From Spirochaetota bacterium (GTDB lineage Bacteria; Spirochaetota; UBA6919; CBDBPB01), in the NCBI GenBank assembly GCA_965208615.1, contig CBDBPB010000002.1:96001-160000 (forward strand): DNA of 64,000 bases, given 5' to 3'. The notes beneath the pieces were generated by a model, which made no database searches, was not told the origin of the DNA, and saw only the letters and a program-made list of their open reading frames with translations. A program made the position numbers and the translations under genes. How positions within the stretch are numbered: the stretch's first letter is position 1; every line of letters begins with the position of its first letter. This document shows, in pieces, positions 1 through 10,542 of the stretch.

Positions 1-2
1 AT

Positions 3-809
3 AAAGTATCTAATGCACAGCTTGTTCAGCCAATGGCAAACGGATCATTAGTATTAGCCCTTGATACAGACTTTGATGGGTGTATGAAAATTGTACAAGA
101 AGTATGTCAGGAAAATAACATATATTTGGCTAATTCAATGAACTCTCTAAGAATAGAAGGACAAAAAACAATAAGCCTTGAAATAGTAGAACAGTTTGAC
201 TGGAACGTTCCAGATTGGGTTATAATACCAGGAGGTAATTTGGGTAATGTATCCGCCTTAGGTAAGGGCTTTAGGTTAATGAAAGAATTGGGTATAATAC
301 AAAAAACTCCAAGAATAGCATTAGCACAAGCTGAAAGAGCTAATCCACTATATCTTTCTTATCTTAACGGATTTAAAGATTTTAAATCCATAACTGCTAA
401 AAAAACCCTTGCTAGTGCAATCCAAATTGGTAATCCTGTTAGTGTTAGAAAAGCCATAAAAACCCTTAAGGAATTTAATGGTATTGTAGAACAGGCTTCT
501 GAAGAGGAATTAACTAACGCTGCCGCAAGGGGAGATAGAACAGGTATGTATAATTGTCCTCATACTGGTGTAGCCCTTGCCGCACTGATTAAACTAATAA
601 ATAAGAATATTATTAAGTCATCCGATAAAGTGGTGGTGATATCCACTGCTCATGGACTAAAGTTTACCGACTTTAAAATTAGGTATCACGAAAATAAACT
701 AGAAAATATAAAAGCTAGCTATCCAAATATGCTTGTGGAAGTAAAAGCAGATATATCAACAGTTAAAGATGTTATATATAAACACTTTGAAAACTATAAC
801 AAAAATTAA
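3..809 (+). CDS. thrC: Threonine synthase, plant/SAM-activated type (5' truncated by the window edge)
   Basis: Frame is open from the window start ([14 protein letters not shown]). Motifs [39 protein letters not shown] and STAHGLKF match PLP fold II threonine synthases. Confidence 0.93.
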   Translation, partial: KVSNAQLVQPMANGSLVLALDTDFDGCMKIVQEVCQENNIYLANSMNSLRIEGQKTISLEIVEQFDWNVPDWVIIPGGNLGNVSALGKGFRLMKELGIIQKTPRIALAQAERANPLYLSYLNGFKDFKSITAKKTLASAIQIGNPVSVRKAIKTLKEFNGIVEQASEEELTNAAARGDRTGMYNCPHTGVALAALIKLINKNIIKSSDKVVVISTAHGLKFTDFKIRYHENKLENIKASYPNMLVEVKADISTVKDVIYKHFENYNKN

Positions 810-831
810 TAACTAATATAAGGCTTAAAAT

Positions 832-2007
832 ATGAATGAAATAGACTTTCTAACAAAATCCGTTCACGCTGGTGAAGAAAAGCTAAAAGCAAAAGATTCC
901 TTAACTAATCCAATATATAATACTTCAACCTATACATTTAGGAATACCTCTGACCTTTGTGACTATATGGATAAAAAAAAAGTTAGGGAAGAATATGGTA
1001 GATACGGAAATCCAACTGTAGAAGTAGCACAGAATAAACTAGCTGAACTAGATAATGGTCAATGGGCTTTACTTTTTTCTAGCGGCATGAGTGCTATTTG
1101 TATAACATTATTTACTTTATTAGAAAAAGACTCTCACATAATAATTACCAGCGATTCTTATAGGCGAACTAGACAGTTTGTTAGAGAGGTTTTACCTAAG
1201 TTTGGAGTAGAGTTTTCTATTGTATCGCCTAATTCTAAGGCTATAGAAAGTAATATCAAGGATAATACTGAAATTATTATATCAGAATCGCCGACTAATC
1301 CTTATCTTAGGGTGTTGGATATACCAAAAATAGTTAATATTGCTAAAAACCATAATATTATAACCATGATTGATAGTACTCTTGCAAGTCCTTATAATCA
1401 AAGGCCTATAGAAATGGGAATAGATTTAGTAATCCACTCTGCTACTAAATACTTAGGCGGACACAATGACTTAATTGCAGGAACTGTAATAGGTAATTCT
1501 GATCTATTATTAGAGCAAATAAAGCAATATAGGGATATTATAGGGGGAATACCAGACCCAAATACGTCATACCTGCTTGTTAGAGGGCTTAAGACCTTTG
1601 GCCTTAGACTAAAACAACAAAATCAGAGTGCATTAAAGTTAGCTGAGTTTTTAGAATCCCATTCAAAAATTGATAAGGTATACTACCCCGGATTAAAGTC
1701 TCATCCTGACTATGACATAGCTAAAGAACAGCTTAGTGGTTTTGGTGGACTAATGAGCTTTGAAATTAAGGGCGATCTGAAAAAAACCAGTAAGTTTATT
1801 GATTTGGTAGAAATACCCTTTATAGCTCCGAGTCTTGGAGGCGTAGAGACATTAATAGAACAGGTAAGCCTTGTATCATACTATGATTTAACAACAGAAG
1901 AACGCCTTAAACTGGGAATTAAAGATAATCTTGTACGATTATCCATTGGTATAGAGAATGTTGATGATCTAATAGCTGATATTAATGGAGCATTAAATAA
2001 GATATAG
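832..2007 (+). CDS. metB: Cystathionine gamma-synthase (plant-like trans-sulfuration enzyme)
   Basis: Motifs YGRYGNPT, ESPTNP, HSATKYLGGHND (PLP lysine), APSLGGVETL and LVRLSIGIE. Confidence 0.85.
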   Translation: MNEIDFLTKSVHAGEEKLKAKDSLTNPIYNTSTYTFRNTSDLCDYMDKKKVREEYGRYGNPTVEVAQNKLAELDNGQWALLFSSGMSAICITLFTLLEKDSHIIITSDSYRRTRQFVREVLPKFGVEFSIVSPNSKAIESNIKDNTEIIISESPTNPYLRVLDIPKIVNIAKNHNIITMIDSTLASPYNQRPIEMGIDLVIHSATKYLGGHNDLIAGTVIGNSDLLLEQIKQYRDIIGGIPDPNTSYLLVRGLKTFGLRLKQQNQSALKLAEFLESHSKIDKVYYPGLKSHPDYDIAKEQLSGFGGLMSFEIKGDLKKTSKFIDLVEIPFIAPSLGGVETLIEQVSLVSYYDLTTEERLKLGIKDNLVRLSIGIENVDDLIADINGALNKI

Positions 2008-2093
2008 TTATAATGCGGCTATTGATAATACGTATAATCCTTTATGTGTTTTTAAGTATAGTATCTTTTAATTAGTTTTTCATTAATTTAAAA

Positions 2094-2558
2094 ATGGTCA
2101 TGGATAAAAAATTAATTATGAGCCTAAATAAAAAGAATATAATGGGATCAGTAGTACAAAAAGGGTTTAGCTGTAAGCCAAAGGAGAAAGATCCTAATAA
2201 ACCAATAATGTTTTATAAATCCCATATAATATTCTGTATGGATGAAAGGTGTAAGCCCTGTTATAAAGGTGATGATAGGCTAAATGAGCTAAGAGAGCTA
2301 ATAAAAACCCTTAAACTTAATAAAGGACATAAACGAATTAAGATTACAAGGTCATTTTGTTTTGGTGCGTGTAGGTTTAGGAGTGTGTCTTTAATATATA
2401 GCTCCGGTGATAAGCAGGTTAATAACTGTATTTGGCTAAAACAGAGCCATAAACTATCAAAAGAAAAATGGACTAGTATATTTAACTCCCTATCTAATGA
2501 TGTACCAATAACAAAACAACTAAATAATAACCTAATACCCATTAACGTATATGAGTGA
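2094..2558 (+). CDS. Thioredoxin-like (2Fe-2S) ferredoxin, cobalamin-cluster associated
   Basis: HIIFCMDERC...ITRSFCFGAC cysteine pattern; overlaps the cbiD start. Confidence 0.7.
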   Translation: MVMDKKLIMSLNKKNIMGSVVQKGFSCKPKEKDPNKPIMFYKSHIIFCMDERCKPCYKGDDRLNELRELIKTLKLNKGHKRIKITRSFCFGACRFRSVSLIYSSGDKQVNNCIWLKQSHKLSKEKWTSIFNSLSNDVPITKQLNNNLIPINVYE

Positions 2559-3750
2559 TATAAACTTAGCCCATTTAGTATATGGCTATACCACTGGTAC
2601 TCATACAACTGCCATTGTAAAATCGGCAATAGAACTATATTGCAACAAAATAAATGAATCTAAATATCTCTGTAAAACTCCCCTAGCCAATGGAGAACTG
2701 GTAGATATATTAGTAAATACCTATAAGCTAAATAATAAACTAATAGTATCCTCAACTAAGAAAACCTATAACGATGACTATGATGTTAGCAAGGGCTGTA
2801 TTATAACCTGTTATATAATAGAGGATTACCAAATAGTTAAAAAATATTTATCCAAGATTAAGCATAAGCCATATATAATCGAATTAAACAGTATAACTAC
2901 GTATATATATGCAGGTAAGGGGCTTGGTATAGTATCAAAGCCTGGATTAAAGGCTTTAGTTGGTTATCCAGCGATCAATCCCGTACCACTAAGCACTATA
3001 ACAAAGGTTATTAAGGAATCCTTATTCTCATTGGCTAAGGCAGGTAATATTTATATTGTTATATCCATAGATAATGGAGAAGAACTGGCTAATAAAACAG
3101 CTAATCCTAAAGTTGGTGTAATAGGCGGACTCTCTATATTAGGCTCAACCGGAATTGTAAAACCACTATCTATTGATAGATATTTAAAATCCATAAAGTC
3201 AGAACTACTAGTGGCAAAAGCAAGTGGTATACCAACCATTGTTTATACCATAGGTAATACAGCGAATAACTTTGCCAAAACAGCAATGCTAATACCAAAT
3301 GAATGCTTTATAGAAATAGGTAATTTTATTCATAAGTCAATAAGCCTTTTATCAGAATACTCTTTTAGAGAACTGTATATTATATCTGGACCAGGTAAAA
3401 TGGCAAAAATAGCACAAGGATTTGATAATACTCATAATCGTAACGGATTTATAAACTTTAACGTTATTATAGACTGGATAATAGATGATAATCCCAAATA
3501 TAGTGATAAGCTATATAATAAAAGTTTTAATACCATAAGAGAAATGGCTAACACCTTGGCCTCATTAGATAAAACTAAAATACTTAAAAAAAAGCTTTAC
3601 TTAATGTTATGTCATAAGGCACTAAAACAGATAGAGTTATGGTTTATTAGTCCGCCTAATAATAGGGTTTTTGGCTTGGATATGATTAATATTATATGTC
3701 TGGATGAGGTAACTAATATTAAATATTCAAAATCATATACAAAGGTATAA
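2551..3750 (+). CDS. cbiD: Cobalt-precorrin-5B C1-methyltransferase
   Basis: Motifs GYTTGT, GKGLGIVSKPGL, AINPVP, NPKVGVIGGLSILGSTGIVKP and GKMAKIAQG. Confidence 0.9.
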   Translation: MSDINLAHLVYGYTTGTHTTAIVKSAIELYCNKINESKYLCKTPLANGELVDILVNTYKLNNKLIVSSTKKTYNDDYDVSKGCIITCYIIEDYQIVKKYLSKIKHKPYIIELNSITTYIYAGKGLGIVSKPGLKALVGYPAINPVPLSTITKVIKESLFSLAKAGNIYIVISIDNGEELANKTANPKVGVIGGLSILGSTGIVKPLSIDRYLKSIKSELLVAKASGIPTIVYTIGNTANNFAKTAMLIPNECFIEIGNFIHKSISLLSEYSFRELYIISGPGKMAKIAQGFDNTHNRNGFINFNVIIDWIIDDNPKYSDKLYNKSFNTIREMANTLASLDKTKILKKKLYLMLCHKALKQIELWFISPPNNRVFGLDMINIICLDEVTNIKYSKSYTKV

Positions 3751-3752
3751 TC

Positions 3753-5000
3753 ATGTTAACTGTTGCTGGTACGGGTATGTCAGAATATAATACATCATTA
3801 ATTGAGGGCTTAGTCGACTTTTATGACTTTGACTATATTGTCCTCGATAAGAACTATCTTATTGCCAATAGAAATCCAACACTAAATACTTTATCTCCTA
3901 TGCTAATGAGTGACTCATTTGATAAGCAAAAGCTTTTTATAAGGGATAAGTTGGCTGAGGGCATGTCTATTTTATATATTGTATCAGGTAGTCCATACTT
4001 TTTTTCTGGTGCATCGGTTGTCATAAAGTATCTCAGTAGTTGTTTGACTAGTTTTAACCTCCATAAAGACCTCTTAATTATAAATAATCTATCCTGTAAG
4101 GACTATCTAATAAATAAACTTATGATATCCGAGCAGGATATTTATAGCTTATCCCTACATGGCAGGGCTAATATAGATCTTACTAACTTTATGACTAAGC
4201 CCTATACCTTTATACTGTCTGACTCCGAGACTCTATCAAAGGTAAGGGATATTATTAAATATATTGACAAAAGGGATATTAATATTATTATGGCGTCAAA
4301 GCTTGGCTACAGCTCTGAGAGAATACTATCTATAACCGATATAGACTTATTTTTATCGGGGCATTCAATTAGTGATTTTGAGCCGTATGTATTATTACTT
4401 AAAAAGCAATTTAAGGATAATCCCTCTTATTCTGACTCCAAAGACTTTGAACAGGATAAGGGTATGATTACAAAAAACTTTAAACGTAATCTAACCATCC
4501 AGGAGCTGGAATTAAAATCCAATTTAGTATTATGGGATGTTGGAGCTGGTAGTGGTTCTGTTGGTATAGAGGCATATAAGCGTTTTAGGGTTAGGACTGT
4601 CTTTTTTGAGAGGGATAAAAAGCGTTTATCGGATATTAAAAAAAATCTAAATAATAATAAGGTTATGGGAGCAAGATTAGTAAGTGGAAATGTTATCCAT
4701 AGTCATAAAGATGAGTTAGAGCTACCTGATAGGATATTCATTGGTGGAGGGGGAGAGTTAATTGCAAAAAACGTTAATTTATTTTATAATAAGCTTAAAC
4801 CCTCTGGACTTATAATTGCTAATTACGTATCACTAAAAGACTTTATAACAATGATTAACTCTCTTATGACATATAATATTCCATTTTCTATTCGTTCTAT
4901 ATCCCTAACGACTTTTAAGAATAACGATTTACTCTTTAGTGAGCCTGAGAGGTTAGTCTTTCAAATAACCATTAAAAAGGATAAAGACTATGATCAATAA
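3753..5000 (+). CDS. cbiET: Bifunctional cobalt-precorrin-7 C5-methyltransferase / precorrin-6B C15-methyltransferase (CbiE-CbiT fusion)
   Basis: N-terminal SGSPYFFS and SLHGR motifs; C-terminal GMITK, LWDVGAGSGSVGIE and PDRIFIGGG; lies in cbi context. Confidence 0.82.
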   Translation: MLTVAGTGMSEYNTSLIEGLVDFYDFDYIVLDKNYLIANRNPTLNTLSPMLMSDSFDKQKLFIRDKLAEGMSILYIVSGSPYFFSGASVVIKYLSSCLTSFNLHKDLLIINNLSCKDYLINKLMISEQDIYSLSLHGRANIDLTNFMTKPYTFILSDSETLSKVRDIIKYIDKRDINIIMASKLGYSSERILSITDIDLFLSGHSISDFEPYVLLLKKQFKDNPSYSDSKDFEQDKGMITKNFKRNLTIQELELKSNLVLWDVGAGSGSVGIEAYKRFRVRTVFFERDKKRLSDIKKNLNNNKVMGARLVSGNVIHSHKDELELPDRIFIGGGGELIAKNVNLFYNKLKPSGLIIANYVSLKDFITMINSLMTYNIPFSIRSISLTTFKNNDLLFSEPERLVFQITIKKDKDYDQ

Positions 5001-5730
5001 AAATACTGTTTACTTTATTGGAGCAGGACCTGGTGACCCTGAGTTAGTTACAGTTAAGGCTAGGTCTATTATTGAGGTGGCTGACTCAATATTATATACT
5101 GGATCTTTAGTTCCTAAGGAAGTTTTAAAGTGGGCAAAGCCTAACGCTATTATAAAGTCTTCGGCTAAGATGACTTATCCCGATATATTTTCTTTCTTTG
5201 ATCAGCACGCTAAAAAAGGAGTATTTGTTAGACTACATACAGGTGATCCGTCAATATACTCCACCATGGCAAGGCAAATTGAATATTTAAAAGAGAATAA
5301 TATCAAATATCAGGTTATACCCGGTGTAACAGCCGCCTTTGCTGCTGCTGCCAGTTTGGGGATAGAGTATACCATACCTGGTGTATCACAAACTCTTATT
5401 ATATCTAAGGTACCGGGTAATACTCCTAATCCTGAGCCATTAAAGCATATTTTAAATTGTAAAAACTCATCAGTGGTATTATATTTATCGATTACCCTAA
5501 TAGATAAACTACAGGATGTTGCAATAAATAATTGTTATTATAGTCCAGATACTCCATGTTGGGTTATAGAAAAGGCATCATGGCCCGATGAGCAAATCAT
5601 AAAAGGTACAATAGGTAATATTGTGGATAAACTAAAAAATACTAATATTAAAGGTATTGCTCTTATACTTTTTGGTAGCTTTCTTAATCAGAGTCCATCT
5701 GACTTATCTGTATTGTACGGTCATAAATAG
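4990..5730 (+). CDS. cbiF: Cobalt-precorrin-4 C11-methyltransferase (CbiF/CobM)
   Basis: Motifs FIGAGPGDPEL, YTGSLVP, RLHTGDPSIY, PGVTA and ASWPDE. Confidence 0.92.
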   Translation: MINKNTVYFIGAGPGDPELVTVKARSIIEVADSILYTGSLVPKEVLKWAKPNAIIKSSAKMTYPDIFSFFDQHAKKGVFVRLHTGDPSIYSTMARQIEYLKENNIKYQVIPGVTAAFAAAASLGIEYTIPGVSQTLIISKVPGNTPNPEPLKHILNCKNSSVVLYLSITLIDKLQDVAINNCYYSPDTPCWVIEKASWPDEQIIKGTIGNIVDKLKNTNIKGIALILFGSFLNQSPSDLSVLYGHK

Positions 5731-5983
5731 CAGGACTATTATTTTAGGACAGTGTTAGCATAGCTCTTAATATCCAACTTTACTATACATTTATGTTATC
5801 TGTAAGATAGTCTGAAAAACCTTTGTTAGAACACTTATACAGCCTAAATAATTATACGATAACTTGGTTGACTAATCATAATAAATTGATTAATCTTTCT
5901 TTTAATATGGGTTAAGAATATAGAAAATACTTTATATAGAGTATATTTAGGTGTTGGATACTATTATTATATGGGAGTATTAA

Positions 5984-6997
5984 ATGGAAAATGCTAATGA
6001 TATAAAAGATAATAATATAAAGGCTAGGAGGCTTAGTTCAAACGTTATTATAATAAACGTTTTATTGGTATTATCAATAGTTTTAGCTATTACTTTGTCC
6101 TTTAGGGATAGTAAACCCGTTGTTAAGCAAAAAAAGACTGCTATTAGTTTTATTAGTGGTGGTCCTTCTGTTAAGGTTATAGATGTTTATGGTATTATAG
6201 AATATCAAAAGATGGTTAGTCATATATCCCTTAGGTTAAAGAGTGCCGAGAAGAACGACAATATTAAGGCTGTTATTCTTAGGATAAACTCTGGTGGCGG
6301 TACTGTTGGGGCAAGCCAGGCTATTTATAGGCAAATACATGATTTTAAAAAGAAAACTAAGAAGCCAGTTGTTGCTGTAATAGGGGATATTGCCGCATCT
6401 GGTGGATATTATATAGCTTCTGCGGCTGATAGTATTATAGCTGGTAGAGGGTCTCTTACTGGGAGTATTGGGGTTATTATTATTAGTTTTAGTTTTAAGG
6501 ATTTGTTTAAGAAACTTGGTATAAAGCAAGACATTATCAAAAGCGGAGAGTTTAAGGATATTATGACTGCAATTGGCAGGGATAAAACTCCTGCTGAGCT
6601 TAAACTTTTACAAAGGTCTATTGACAGCGTTTATAAGCAGTTTTTTGATGCTGTTTTAGCTAATAGAGAGGGTAAAAAGGGCTTAACGGATAAAATACTA
6701 AAAGCCTATGCAGATGGTAGAGTTATAATAGGTAGTGAGGCTAATGATCTTGGACTTGTTGATAGCTTAGGGGGTATGAAAGAGGCTATAAAGTATATCA
6801 AGGATAAGCTTAAGATAAAGGGTGAGTTAAAGGTTATTTATGATTCGAAGTCTATTTTTGATAAGATATTTAGTACTTTGGGTGTTAATAACGAGTCTTT
6901 GTTTATGGACGAACCTTTATCTATAGAGAAGTTTTTAAAGTTCCACTCTACTAGTGGTTTACCTCTTTATCTTTATGTTGGAGGTAATGGACTATGA
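5984..6997 (+). CDS. sppA: Signal peptide peptidase SppA (S49)
   Basis: N-terminal TM segment; LRINSGGG, AASGGYY, TGSIGV and KSGEFKD. Confidence 0.92.
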   Translation: MENANDIKDNNIKARRLSSNVIIINVLLVLSIVLAITLSFRDSKPVVKQKKTAISFISGGPSVKVIDVYGIIEYQKMVSHISLRLKSAEKNDNIKAVILRINSGGGTVGASQAIYRQIHDFKKKTKKPVVAVIGDIAASGGYYIASAADSIIAGRGSLTGSIGVIIISFSFKDLFKKLGIKQDIIKSGEFKDIMTAIGRDKTPAELKLLQRSIDSVYKQFFDAVLANREGKKGLTDKILKAYADGRVIIGSEANDLGLVDSLGGMKEAIKYIKDKLKIKGELKVIYDSKSIFDKIFSTLGVNNESLFMDEPLSIEKFLKFHSTSGLPLYLYVGGNGL

Positions 6998-7614
6998 GAT
7001 TATTTATGATGTCATTACACGGGCTTATACTTAATCCCACTAGTTATTTATCTGATATAATAGAGAATAGTAAAGCTGGTATAGTTAATTTTTCTATTAT
7101 GTTAATTTTGTTAATTGCTTCAGCGCAATACATCGGCTTTAATAATAGTACTGGGATTACGTTATCCCCATTTTTTTATATTATTTTGATGTTGTTTTAC
7201 GTATCATTTTTTCTACTTATGATATTTATAGAGAGTGCAATTACGTCTTTTTTTCTTAAGAGTCGTAATGTAACACCGTTTACTTTTGGCTCTAAGCAAG
7301 TTTTTGCTATTATATCCTTTTCTTATTTTCCTTATTTGTTATTTCCGGCATTATCTATTATATCCCTTAGTTTGGGAGGTATAATTTATTTTATTGCTAT
7401 GATAGTTCTTTTTGTTATGGTTATAAGGTTGAGAAAGGGCTTTTTGGACCGCTATATATCTTATTTTAGTATATTGTCGCCTTTTAGTCTTGCGATTATC
7501 CCATTAGTTATACAGGTGGTTTTGGGGTTTTTATTATTCTTTTTTACAGCCTCTATGTTCGGGATTTTATTTATTAATCAGGTTAGTAATTTAATCTCAG
7601 TTGCTAAGTGGTAA
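6994..7614 (+). CDS. Integral membrane protein (possibly Yip1-like)
   Basis: About five hydrophobic segments; ATGA overlap with sppA. Confidence 0.6.
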   Translation: MRLFMMSLHGLILNPTSYLSDIIENSKAGIVNFSIMLILLIASAQYIGFNNSTGITLSPFFYIILMLFYVSFFLLMIFIESAITSFFLKSRNVTPFTFGSKQVFAIISFSYFPYLLFPALSIISLSLGGIIYFIAMIVLFVMVIRLRKGFLDRYISYFSILSPFSLAIIPLVIQVVLGFLLFFFTASMFGILFINQVSNLISVAKW

Positions 7615-7807
7615 TTCGTTATAAATGCTATAATTTAAAAAAGATAAAAGAATCTCATTGTACAGTTTCTTATTAGAATAAGTAATATCTAAACTAGTAA
7701 TATGATATTTATTAAGCTATCTTAAAAAGGCTTTATAGTATTGACATTTTGAATAATTCATATTAGTTTTTTTAAACAACTCTGTGTATTAGTATAGTTA
7801 ATGTATA

Positions 7808-8242
7808 ATGAGTTCTTTTGTAAAACATATAAGCGAGTCTTATGATGAAACTATAGGCGTTGCTAAGCTTATAGGTAAATCATTATGCGGTGGTGAGGTC
7901 ATATTTCTAAAAGGGGAGCTTGGTACTGGTAAAACCTGCTTTACCAAAGGGCTAGCAATAGGATTAGATATTGAGGATATTATTACAAGTCCTAGCTTTT
8001 CTATAATGAATATTTATGAGGGTAAGGGTTTAACTTTGTGTCATCTTGATCTTTATAGGCTAAACTCTTTGGATGAGTTTTTAGACCTTGGTATTGATGA
8101 TTATATTAGTCCGAAGTCTGTTATGGTGATAGAGTGGGGTAATAGGTTTATTGATGAGTTTTTAAGTTATTATGCCATAATAGAGCTAAAAATTATTGAC
8201 AATGGCTATAGGGAAATTATTATCACAAAAAAGCCTAACTAA
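7808..8242 (+). CDS. tsaE: tRNA threonylcarbamoyladenosine biosynthesis ATPase
   Basis: Walker A GELGTGKT, plus TSPSF, HLDLYRL and IEWG. Confidence 0.95.
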   Translation: MSSFVKHISESYDETIGVAKLIGKSLCGGEVIFLKGELGTGKTCFTKGLAIGLDIEDIITSPSFSIMNIYEGKGLTLCHLDLYRLNSLDEFLDLGIDDYISPKSVMVIEWGNRFIDEFLSYYAIIELKIIDNGYREIIITKKPN

Positions 8243-8267
8243 TTAAACAAATCAAAATTGTTTTAAG
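8239..8267. repeat. 29-bp direct repeat, left copy (ctaattaaacaaatcaaaattgttttaag)
   Basis: Identical to 8717-8745; includes the tsaE stop codon. Confidence 0.9.
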
Positions 8268-8359
8268 GAAGTTTATTTATCTAAATACTGTTTTATAATA
8301 ATTCTTTATTTAACTGTTAGAATAATAGCTACAACATTATTAACTATTAGTATAAGGGT

Positions 8360-8698
8360 ATGAAAATGATAAGTGAAGAGTTAAAACAAGAAATAAAAAA
8401 GGAAGTGGCTATAGCTGTCCATGAGATTGAGATTACTGACATTAAAGTCGAGAAGCTTAGGAATGAGATAGCTAATGTAAAGTCAGAGCTTAAAAATGAA
8501 ATAACTGGAGTTGAATCAAGGCTAAGAGTAGAATTAAAAGCAGTAGAAAACAGACTTGACAATAAAATATCAGATGTTAAAATCACTTTCGAGAATAGAA
8601 TTAGTAAGCTCGAAGGTATGATGAAAGTTATTATAACAATAACATCAGCAACAGCAATAGGTATTGTAATGCTAATGCTTAAAGACATTTTTAAATAG
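8360..8698 (+). CDS. Coiled-coil protein with C-terminal TM anchor (Bdr/DUF1640-like)
   Basis: Repetitive LRNEIANVKSELKNEITGVE coiled coil followed by a hydrophobic C-terminus. Confidence 0.65.
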   Translation: MKMISEELKQEIKKEVAIAVHEIEITDIKVEKLRNEIANVKSELKNEITGVESRLRVELKAVENRLDNKISDVKITFENRISKLEGMMKVIITITSATAIGIVMLMLKDIFK

Positions 8699-8716
8699 TT
8701 ATTGTTAAGGATTATT

Positions 8717-8745
8717 CTAATTAAACAAATCAAAATTGTTTTAAG
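8717..8745. repeat. 29-bp direct repeat, right copy
   Basis: Identical to 8239-8267; ends 4 bp before the thiF ATG. Confidence 0.9.
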
Positions 8746-8749
8746 TTAA

Positions 8750-9562
8750 ATGATTAAAATTAATGAACAGTTTATAGAGTATAAAAGTGATATAAGCCTT
8801 TTTGACCTTAGGGATAAGTTTAAGCCAGAGGCTGATATTATGATATACAACGGATTCCCTATTAGTGAAGACAGGTTTTTGGCTGATGGTGATGAGGTTG
8901 TATTTATTAAGCGGGGTGAAGTGCCTTCTAAAGACGATCTTGAAGGTTTAATGCTATCCCGTCATACACCTGGTGTACATAAAAGGCTTAAGGCTAGTGT
9001 GGTTGGTGTCGCTGGCATAGGTGGATTAGGTTCATCTGTGGCTATTGCATTAGCGAGGATAGGCATTGGGAAGCTTATATTAGCTGATTTTGATATAGTG
9101 GAGCCTAGTAATTTAAATAGGCAACAGTATTTTATTAATCAGATTGGTATGCCTAAGGTTCATGCTATGCGGGATAATTTAAGGCAGATTAATCCTTATG
9201 TTGAGGTTGATATATATCAGGTAATTCTTGATGAGGCTAATGTACCTGATATTTTTAGTGGGGTTAATGTATTGGTTGAGGCTTTTGATAGGCCTGATAT
9301 GAAGTCTATGTTGATTAATTCTTTTTTGGATAGTTATCCAGAGGGATATGTAGTTAGTGCATCTGGCTTAGCTGGCTATGATAGTGCTAATTTAATTAAG
9401 ACCCATTGTTTTGGTGATAGGCTATTTGTTGTGGGGGATAGGGTATCGGCTGCTATGCCTGGTAGGGGGCTTATGGCTCCTAGAGTTGGTGTTGCTGCAC
9501 ATCATCAGGCTAATAAGGTTTTAGAGATAATATTAGGAGATGGTTATGAACATAGTGGTTAA
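8750..9562 (+). CDS. thiF: ThiS adenylyltransferase ThiF with an N-terminal ubiquitin-like domain
   Basis: GIGGLGS, DFDIVEPSNLNRQ, ASGLAG and APRV motifs; adjacent to thiS and thiG. Confidence 0.88.
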   Translation: MIKINEQFIEYKSDISLFDLRDKFKPEADIMIYNGFPISEDRFLADGDEVVFIKRGEVPSKDDLEGLMLSRHTPGVHKRLKASVVGVAGIGGLGSSVAIALARIGIGKLILADFDIVEPSNLNRQQYFINQIGMPKVHAMRDNLRQINPYVEVDIYQVILDEANVPDIFSGVNVLVEAFDRPDMKSMLINSFLDSYPEGYVVSASGLAGYDSANLIKTHCFGDRLFVVGDRVSAAMPGRGLMAPRVGVAAHHQANKVLEIILGDGYEHSG

Positions 9563-9743
9563 CGGAGAGGATAGATTGATTAAGGGTTTAACGGTTAATG
9601 ATCTTTTGGATGAGCTATGTATTTCCAGGGTAAATATAGCTGTGGAGCTTAATAAGAGTATTGTTCCAAAGGGTCAGTTTGATAGTGTTAACTTGGCTGA
9701 TGGGGATAAAATAGAGATTGTACAATTTGTTGGTGGTGGATAA
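9546..9743 (+). CDS. thiS: Sulfur carrier protein ThiS
   Basis: MNIVVNGE start and C-terminal IEIVQFVGGG. Confidence 0.95.
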   Translation: MNIVVNGEDRLIKGLTVNDLLDELCISRVNIAVELNKSIVPKGQFDSVNLADGDKIEIVQFVGGG

Positions 9744-9762
9744 ATAGATTAGGGAGATATTT

Positions 9763-10539
9763 ATGTCGAAAAAAGATAATTTAGTTATTGCTAACAGGGA
9801 GTTTAGTTCAAGGTTATTTGTGGGTACTGGAAAGTACAATAGTTTTGAGCTTATGAAGGAGGCTTTTGAGGCCTCAGGTTCTGATGTTATTACTGTTGCT
9901 GTACGAAGGATTGATCTTAAGGCTAAGGGTGATAATTTACTTAGTCATATTGATCTTAGTAAATATAAGCTTTTGCCAAACACTGCTGGATGCTATACGG
10001 CTGAGGATGCCATTAGATATGCACGGCTGGCAAGGGAAGTGGGCATGAGTGATATGGTTAAACTTGAGGTTATTGGTGATGAAAAAACATTATTCCCTGA
10101 TAATGAAGCTACATTAGAGGCCGCCAAGGTATTAGTGAAAGAGGGTTTTATAGTGTTGCCTTATACATCCGATGATCCCATTATGGCTAAGAAGCTTGAG
10201 GATATTGGATGTTCTGCTGTTATGCCATTGGCTGCACCTATTGGTTCTGGGCTTGGTATAAGAAATCCATATAATATTAAGATAATACTTGAGACTGTTA
10301 ACTTACCTGTTATTGTGGATGCTGGAGTAGGTACTGCTTCTGACGTTGCTATTGCTATGGAATTAGGTTGTGATGCTGTACTTATGAATACGGGTATTGC
10401 TGGTGCTAGTGATCCTGTTGCTATGGCAAGGGCTATGAATTATGGTGTTAAGGCTGGTAGGCTTTCATACTTAGCTGGACGTATCCCTAAAAAGCTTTAT
10501 GCAAGTGCCAGTACGACATTTGAGGGTATGCTTAATTAG
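9763..10539 (+). CDS. thiG: Thiazole synthase
   Basis: [34 protein letters not shown] and DAGVG. Confidence 0.97.
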   Translation: MSKKDNLVIANREFSSRLFVGTGKYNSFELMKEAFEASGSDVITVAVRRIDLKAKGDNLLSHIDLSKYKLLPNTAGCYTAEDAIRYARLAREVGMSDMVKLEVIGDEKTLFPDNEATLEAAKVLVKEGFIVLPYTSDDPIMAKKLEDIGCSAVMPLAAPIGSGLGIRNPYNIKIILETVNLPVIVDAGVGTASDVAIAMELGCDAVLMNTGIAGASDPVAMARAMNYGVKAGRLSYLAGRIPKKLYASASTTFEGMLN

Positions 10540-10542
10540 TGT

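Noticed and set aside
8243-8749. TPP riboswitch upstream of thiFSGE
   Set aside because: The conserved CUGAGA and CCUGA..UAAU core is not visible.
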